In this document: one piece after another, positions 1-3,814 of the stretch
Layout: the number at the start of each line of letters is the position of its first letter
Numbering within the stretch: position 1 is the stretch's first letter
IMG/VR virus record: IMGVR_UViG_3300020030_000003
Coordinates: 1 to 6,067 of that record
Reading direction: 5' to 3' (one strand)
Length of the DNA: 6,067 nt
From: a virus
Notes under the pieces: model-generated
Seen by the model: only the letters and a program-made list of their open reading frames with translations
What the model was told of the DNA's origin: nothing
Database searches by the model: none
Translations under genes and position numbers: made by a program

Positions 1-121
1 AATCAAAATAAGACCACGACGAGACACGAGAAGAAGGGCGAGGCATATAACCAAGAAAGTCACCAACGCCAGCAGATACGAATTTTCGCGTATAACGGCG
101 ATGTTGGAGGAGGCAAGATAA
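1..121. repeat. Terminal redundancy, copy 1 (circular-contig overlap)
   Basis: A base-by-base comparison shows 1..121 is identical to 5947..6067. The repeat lies inside the Rep reading frame, which becomes continuous only when the ends are joined. Confidence 0.95.
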
Positions 122-736
122 AGGTGTAGGGTTTCCATCTACGGTAACATATTTGTCCGAAATTTCATCGGGGTTAAATTGAATTTGTTTAGTGACATAC
201 TTAACGCAGTAACGAGCGCGCTTGTGGGTTGCTTTCGCTAGCCAAACAAAACCAAGGTCTCGGACTGCAGAACGAATCGTGTTATAAAGAACATTTGTGC
301 CGAACAAAAAGCCATGAAAGTGCAACCGAGGTTCATTTCCTGTTTCGGGGTGGGTGCCAAACTCCTGGAAAAAAGCGTGTTTAAACGAATGGCCGAGTTT
401 GTGGCGTAGGCGTTCGTTGAATTTTCGAATAAACCAGGACGGATCAAGTAGAGCCTCGTTGTAATACTTCGGAGCAATCGTTATTGTAATAAAAATAGCC
501 TGCTGACTATCAGCCTTACAGCGAGCAAGCTCGCGCTCAAGACGCACGAACCAATCATTACGCTGGCGACGCAAACAGTCTTCACATTTTCCACACGGGA
601 CCATAAGCCACTGGCGAGCGATATCCCAAGGACGGAGAGCCAGGGCGGACTTAGCAATATCAGAGCCATCACGACAAGGATTCTTCTTATCAAAGTAGCG
701 CCGATTGCGTATCCATATGGGAGAAGAACAGGGCAT
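1..736 (-). CDS. VP4: Replication initiation protein (HUH rolling-circle endonuclease, Microviridae VP4/gpA-like), N-terminal 245 codons. The frame runs off the left edge and continues at 5946.
   Basis: Hand translation of the minus frame whose codon tops are congruent to 1 mod 3 gives ATG at 736..734, then MPCSSPIWIRN.... The zinc-finger-like PCGKCEDC lies at 598..575. Motif I, FITITI, lies at 493..476. The HUH motif RLHFHGFLF has its HFH at 322..314. The catalytic Tyr motif YCVKYVTK lies at 211..188. There is no stop down to position 1. The ORF is absent from the track only because it lacks an in-window stop. Confidence 0.9.
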   Translation of the reverse strand, partial: MPCSSPIWIRNRRYFDKKNPCRDGSDIAKSALALRPWDIARQWLMVPCGKCEDCLRRQRNDWFVRLERELARCKADSQQAIFITITIAPKYYNEALLDPSWFIRKFNERLRHKLGHSFKHAFFQEFGTHPETGNEPRLHFHGFLFGTNVLYNTIRSAVRDLGFVWLAKATHKRARYCVKYVTKQIQFNPDEISDKYVTVDGNPTPLSCLLQHRRYTRKFVSAGVGDFLGYMPRPSSRVSSWSYFD

Positions 737-936
737 TAGAACAAACTTTGAATGCAATCGAATTTAGCGTAAGGGTTATCACGGCGGCAACGAACAAGGT
801 ACTCGAGTGCGGGAGTTTCGTCGGAGAACCAAGCGACAATAATTCGCTTCTTACCACGATACATGCCAATGGAATAACGAAGGGGGGAATTGTTAATGAT
901 AGGGGCAAACCTAGGCCTAAAATCAATATAATCCAT
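736..936 (-). CDS. Small basic hypothetical protein (66 aa), translationally coupled to Rep
   Basis: ATG at 936..934 is preceded by an A/T-rich leader (TTGTATAAATTATTTTTTTCAACC). The product is MDYIDFRPRF...CIQSLF, with 11 Arg+Lys against 7 Asp+Glu. The stop TAA 738..736 overlaps the Rep ATG 736..734 as TAATG. The longer 98-aa version in the track needs a GTG start at 1032 and would run through GC-rich hairpins. Confidence 0.65.
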   Translation of the reverse strand: MDYIDFRPRFAPIINNSPLRYSIGMYRGKKRIIVAWFSDETPALEYLVRCRRDNPYAKFDCIQSLF

Positions 937-962
937 GGTTGAAAAAAATAATTTATACAACA

Positions 963-996
963 CGAGCCTAAGCGGGCTGCGCTGTTTCGGGCCTCG
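963..996 (-). other. GC-rich nested stem-loop in the intergenic region
   Basis: Outer stem 963-968 (cgagcc) pairs with 990-996 (ggcctcg), with one bulged c at 992. Inner stem 971-974 (agcg) pairs with 980-983 (cgct) around the loop ggctg. Confidence 0.45.
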
Positions 997-1015
997 ATCT
1001 CGCGTACGCGATATC
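996..1015. repeat. 20-nt near-perfect palindrome gatcTCGCGTACGCGAtatc
   Basis: The 12-nt core 1000..1011 (tcgcgtacgcga) is a perfect palindrome. The extension to 996..1015 has a single mismatch pair (c999/t1012). It lies about 60 nt upstream of the ORF66 start on the coding strand. Confidence 0.7.
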
Positions 1016-1078
1016 ATCGGCTCCGGAAACACTTACTCGCCGCGCTCTTAACGGCTCGAAGGATATATAGTAAAGAGA

Positions 1079-1110
1079 GGACCTGCAGGAGAAGAGTCTC
1101 CCACAGGTCC
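1079..1110 (-). terminator. Hairpin downstream of ORF107, a candidate intrinsic terminator or ssDNA structural element
   Basis: ggacctg(1079-1085) pairs with caggtcc(1104-1110), 7 bp. A 2x2 internal loop (ca/ca) follows. ggaga(1088-1092) pairs with tctcc(1097-1101), 5 bp, closing the loop agag. On the coding strand it is followed by TCTCTTTACTATATAT, which is T-rich but not a clean T-run. It starts 44 nt after the ORF107 stop. Confidence 0.4.
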
Positions 1111-1121
1111 ACTGCATCAAA

Positions 1122-1132
1122 GAACTCTTCCA
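1122..1132. repeat. 11-mer gaactcttcca shared between the two large intergenic regions (copy 1)
   Basis: Exact match to 3450..3460. Neighbouring shared modules are aaggatata (1059..1067 = 3497..3505) and agtaaag (1069..1075 = 3493..3499). ctgcaggaga at 1083..1092 is the reverse complement of 3412..3421. Confidence 0.8.
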
Positions 1133-1153
1133 CCAAGCGGGCGGGTCACAACT

Positions 1154-1477
1154 TTAGTGCCCTTTCCCTTCTTCTTTCGTCGCGCCTTCATCGTAGTTAA
1201 GATCAAAATCGAACATGAGAACTATCGTATTGTCAAAAAACTCGACGACGAAGCCAGAAAAACCTTCACAGGCAGCGATAAGGTCTGCCATTTTCGAGTG
1301 ATTGACGTAAAGAGAATCGCTAATGTCTGAACTCTCCAAAAAGCCTGCGATAGGAGTGTTTGCAACAGCGCCAAGAGGAAGCGGATCGAACTGACCATCT
1401 TTGAAACGACCTATCTGGACGAGGTCGACCTTAAGAGCCGGACTAACGCGCCGGACAACAACATGAATCTGTGTCAT
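1154..1477 (-). CDS. Hypothetical acidic protein (107 aa)
   Basis: ATG-to-TAA ORF on the gene strand, starting 11 nt after the ORF106 stop. Net charge is about -8. The C-terminus is aromatic and acidic (FVVEFFDNTIVLMFDFDLNYDEGATKEEGKGH). It is followed by the hairpin at 1079..1110. I recognise no motif. Confidence 0.72.
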   Translation of the reverse strand: MTQIHVVVRRVSPALKVDLVQIGRFKDGQFDPLPLGAVANTPIAGFLESSDISDSLYVNHSKMADLIAACEGFSGFVVEFFDNTIVLMFDFDLNYDEGATKEEGKGH

Positions 1478-1488
1478 AATAACGTGAT

Positions 1489-1809
1489 TTAAAGTTTTGT
1501 TTGAAATTCAGCACAAAAGCGTTCCCAAGCGGCAGACTGCTTGCCCCAAAATTTAGCACCTTCAGGCGTCGAATTAAACAAGAACGCAGAGGTGACGAGA
1601 TGGCTCGGGCCAAAGCCTAAATCCTGCAGAGAATGTCGAATATGGGAACGCAAGCGATCGCGAAAGCTCCTGTAGGGCGTGAAATCACGATCGTAGTTCG
1701 CTTTGAAAGCGGAAAATATCCCTCGACGAACAAGCCACTCAGTGAATGTGTACTCTAAAACGTCGACTAACAACTCATTGGTTCGGACACTTTTGCTAAA
1801 ATCTTTCAT
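1489..1809 (-). CDS. Hypothetical basic protein (106 aa)
   Basis: ATG-to-TAA ORF on the gene strand, directly downstream of the promoter-like element. It has 16 Arg+Lys against 12 Asp+Glu. The C-terminal segment is AFLFNSTPEGAKFWGKQSAAWERF, an F-x-F/W-x-x-T-P-E-G-x-x-F-W type motif that looks familiar from small phage proteins, but I cannot place it in a named family. Confidence 0.75.
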   Translation of the reverse strand: MKDFSKSVRTNELLVDVLEYTFTEWLVRRGIFSAFKANYDRDFTPYRSFRDRLRSHIRHSLQDLGFGPSHLVTSAFLFNSTPEGAKFWGKQSAAWERFCAEFQTKL

Positions 1810-1835
1810 GGTAATGTGGTTATTGGTTTACGATA

Positions 1836-1866
1836 CAAATATACGGCAAAAAGAACGAGTAACAAA
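1836..1866 (-). promoter_or_regulatory. Bacteroides-type promoter: -33 TTTG, 19-nt spacer, -7 TAnnTTTG
   Basis: The minus strand reads ACTTTGTTACTCGTTCTTTTTGCCGTATATTTGTATCG. TTTG lies at 1866->1863, the spacer at 1862->1844 (19 nt), and TATATTTG at 1843->1836. The -7 box ends 26 nt upstream of the ORF106 ATG (1809). The element sits in the 83-nt spacer after the VP2 stop. Confidence 0.55.
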
Positions 1867-1892
1867 GTTCAAAAGGTTGGAGAAATTGTTCA

Positions 1893-3149
1893 TTATTTCC
1901 CAGAATAGCTACGACGAGTATAGATACTACCATTCTTATCGCCATAGGGGCTATAAATTTCCTTCACTTCCTCATAACCTTCTGGACCAGCAGGACCTGC
2001 GGCCTTGCGACTAGCGTACGCAGCACCTGCAATACCAGCAGCGGTAGCAAAAGATCGAACAATGTCATAACCAAGGCGATTCTTAGAATTCCGCAAATCC
2101 CAGCGGGCGTTACCGGTTTCAAGCTGAGCGGTTTCGGCGGCAGCCGTATTCAGGATAGACATAGTTTCAGCAACCTTCATCATCTTCGTTTCAACAACTT
2201 CGCCTTTCTCGTTGCGTATCTGAACGGGAACTTCCTTCTCCCAGTTTAGCTCGTACCACTTCTGCAAATCCTTGAGGTTTTGAGAATTGAGCTTTATCCG
2301 GGACTCAGACTCATCAGCGGCAGAAATATTGGCAATGACAGAAGACCAGGCAACAGCGAGCGCAGCACCGGCTTGGGGCGCAAACCAATCATTAGTCTGA
2401 CGAAGATTTTGATATTTTTCCTGCAAAACACCGGCCATAGCCATAATGGAGGACATTTTATAACCTTGCGTGATATCAGATAAATAGGCGTCGATGGCGG
2501 TAATTTGAGCCTGAGCTTCATGTAAATTCGCAATCTCGCGAGCGTCCTTAACGTTATGTTGGGCAATCTGGAGTTCGAGGTTATCCATCTTTTCACGCCA
2601 CTCTTGCGTATGAGTATTACCTCGAAGATTAGCGGCCTCCGCATCGTCTCGGTTAGCGGCAGCGGTATTACGGTCAACCGTAGACTGCGCAACCATGTTT
2701 TGAGCAATAGAGGTAGGGTCAACGGGAGCGAAGCCGCCGGAAACAATCGAGGAACCGCCGGAGGGTCCGGAGGCAGAGGGCATAGACGCAGAACCGCCTG
2801 ACATAGTGGCATTTACGCCAACACCGGAAGAGCCTAAAACGGCGGCGGGGGTTACACCAGCCTTCAAATAGCGATCGAAAACCTTCGAAGGGTCATTGTA
2901 AGAGTTTTCGTAATCGAATTGTCTCTGCCAGTTAGCGTAGGATAACTCAGATTGTTTTTGCATTTGCTCTAAAGCGTACTTCTGCTGGAGAGCCATTTGT
3001 TTTTGCTGAAATTTCCACTGGCGACGAGCGCTCATGCCGCCAAAAAGTTGACCAAGCGCGCCAGAGATTAAACCGGTAGTACCGGTAGATGCGGCCGACT
3101 GACCAAGAGCTTGGCCAAAAGATGCGGCAGCAACAGCAGGAACAGGCAT
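1893..3149 (-). CDS. VP2: Minor capsid / DNA pilot protein (VP2-like, 418 aa)
   Basis: The N-terminus is Gly/Ala/Ser-rich (MPVPAVAAASFGQALGQSAASTGTTGLISGALGQLFGG). A Gln-rich coiled segment follows. The conserved VP2-type block is YENSYNDPSKVFDRYLKAGVTPAAVLG, resembling the N-x-P...R...AG-x-x-P signature of gokushovirus/alpavirus VP2. A long predicted helical central region follows. Size and position after VP1 are typical. Confidence 0.85.
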   Translation of the reverse strand: MPVPAVAAASFGQALGQSAASTGTTGLISGALGQLFGGMSARRQWKFQQKQMALQQKYALEQMQKQSELSYANWQRQFDYENSYNDPSKVFDRYLKAGVTPAAVLGSSGVGVNATMSGGSASMPSASGPSGGSSIVSGGFAPVDPTSIAQNMVAQSTVDRNTAAANRDDAEAANLRGNTHTQEWREKMDNLELQIAQHNVKDAREIANLHEAQAQITAIDAYLSDITQGYKMSSIMAMAGVLQEKYQNLRQTNDWFAPQAGAALAVAWSSVIANISAADESESRIKLNSQNLKDLQKWYELNWEKEVPVQIRNEKGEVVETKMMKVAETMSILNTAAAETAQLETGNARWDLRNSKNRLGYDIVRSFATAAGIAGAAYASRKAAGPAGPEGYEEVKEIYSPYGDKNGSIYTRRSYSGK

Positions 3150-3150
3150 A

Positions 3151-3342
3151 CTATATATGGGTTAAATTATTAGAACGAATGATGTAGTCAACACGGACTG
3201 TGTCGATATGAACGCCACTACGCTGCATCCTAGCTTGAGCTGAACAAGAAGAGAGGAAAAAGGCAGCTAACGCGGCAACAATAGACGAAACGAGTGTCCA
3301 AAAAGCCTTTGATTTATAGAAAGGTTGTTTAGCGTCTGACAT
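3151..3342 (-). CDS. Small putative lipoprotein / membrane protein (63 aa)
   Basis: The product is MSDAKQPFYKSKAFWTLVSSIVAALAAFFLSSCSAQ.... It has a Lys-rich n-region, a 17-residue hydrophobic core (F14-L30) and the lipobox L-S-S-C with Cys33 (codon 3246..3244). The stop TAG 3153..3151 is 1 nt from the VP2 ATG (3149), suggesting translational coupling. Confidence 0.7.
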   Translation of the reverse strand: MSDAKQPFYKSKAFWTLVSSIVAALAAFFLSSCSAQARMQRSGVHIDTVRVDYIIRSNNLTHI

Positions 3343-3397
3343 GGTATTGAAATCTTAGGGGGAGTTATGGCGTAAACAATTAAATAAAGAACGATAG

Positions 3398-3474
3398 AAA
3401 AATGCGCGGCCTCTCCTGCAGTCGTTACCAATAACCTCTAGGAATTCACGAACTCTTCCAAGAGGGGTCCGCGC
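3398..3474 (-). terminator. Large GC-clamped stem-loop followed by a T5 run, a candidate terminator or ssDNA structural element
   Basis: gcgcgg(3404-3409) pairs with ccgcgc(3469-3474), 6 bp. There is a 3-nt bulge at 3466-3468. cctct(3410-3414) pairs with agagg(3461-3465), 5 bp. The interior may branch, with gtta(3424-3427)/taac(3432-3435) and ggaa(3441-3444)/ttcc(3456-3459). On the coding strand the stem is followed by ATTTTT (3403->3398). It lies between the ORF98 stop and the ORF63 start. Confidence 0.4.
3450..3460. repeat. 11-mer gaactcttcca shared between the two large intergenic regions (copy 2)
   Basis: Exact match to 1122..1132. It sits inside the 3404..3474 stem-loop. Confidence 0.8.
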
Positions 3475-3505
3475 ACGTAGCATATATCGTCAAGTAAAGG
3501 ATATA

Positions 3506-3802
3506 CTATTTTTCTTCAGAATTGGAAGGCTTTGAAGTAGACTTAGCCTTATCAAGCTGAGAATCAATGAGTTCCTGTCCAACCTCGAGACCGTCGAACT
3601 TATCCATACGATAAAAGGAGTTAGGATCGAAATCGATATCAGGGTTGAACCTCTCTCCCTTCTCAAAATCGGAAGGTTCAGCGATCACATCCGGACGACC
3701 AGGAAGGACGTCGACGGAGCCAGAACCGTTAAGGACGGAAAGGATGCGCTGACCGCGAGAGACATAAGCGGGAGAATCTTCAAGTAACCAATCAAGTGCC
3801 AT
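3506..3802 (-). CDS. Hypothetical highly acidic protein (98 aa), a possible scaffolding-type protein
   Basis: ATG at 3802 lies 12 nt after the VP1 stop. The stop is TAG 3508..3506. The product is Asp/Glu-rich with aromatic-acidic repeats (DFEKGERFNPDIDFDPNSFYRMDKFDGLE). The functional call rests only on composition and position. Confidence 0.72.
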   Translation of the reverse strand: MALDWLLEDSPAYVSRGQRILSVLNGSGSVDVLPGRPDVIAEPSDFEKGERFNPDIDFDPNSFYRMDKFDGLEVGQELIDSQLDKAKSTSKPSNSEEK

Positions 3803-3814
3803 AAGATCAATATA

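Noticed and set aside
1-121. Terminal repeat interpreted as attL/attR, a phage DTR or a cos-type end
   Set aside because: It lies in the middle of the Rep coding sequence, and joining the copies restores a single intact gene. Microviridae have circular genomes without terminal repeats. An assembly overlap is the simplest explanation.
238-926. Track ORFs 238..477, 481..693 and 690..926 on the minus strand. These include a 62-aa ATG-initiated version (669..481, MALILLSPPWLSVLGISLASGLW...) with two transmembrane-like segments, superficially reminiscent of the phiX174 E lysis protein.
   Set aside because: They are off-frame readings of the rep and ORF66 genes; the true frame carries the Rep motifs. 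The hydrophobicity follows from the same +1-frame compositional effect. The 481..693 ORF needs a TTG start. It would merit revisiting only if synonymous constraint in rep is found at 481..669.
937-1032. N-terminal extension of the 736..1032 ORF (98-aa version, GTG start at 1032 or ATG at 1017)
   Set aside because: The extension runs through GC-rich hairpins and the palindrome, and encodes an Arg/Pro/Ser-rich peptide. The ATG at 936 has the same A/T-rich, SD-less leader style as the other genes.
967-1145. 8-mer GCCCGCTT (coding strand) occurring twice in the 937..1153 intergenic region (about 1145->1138 and 977->970), plus a repeated GAGCCG hexamer
   Set aside because: Matches of this length within a GC-rich segment of about 217 nt are expected by chance at appreciable frequency. 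There is no consistent spacing or symmetry.
3404-3474. tRNA-like size (71 nt) and branched fold of the intergenic stem-loop
   Set aside because: Neither strand has a 7-bp acceptor stem with a discriminator/CCA context, a T-loop (GTTCRANY) or a D-loop signature. The arm lengths and positions do not fit a cloverleaf.
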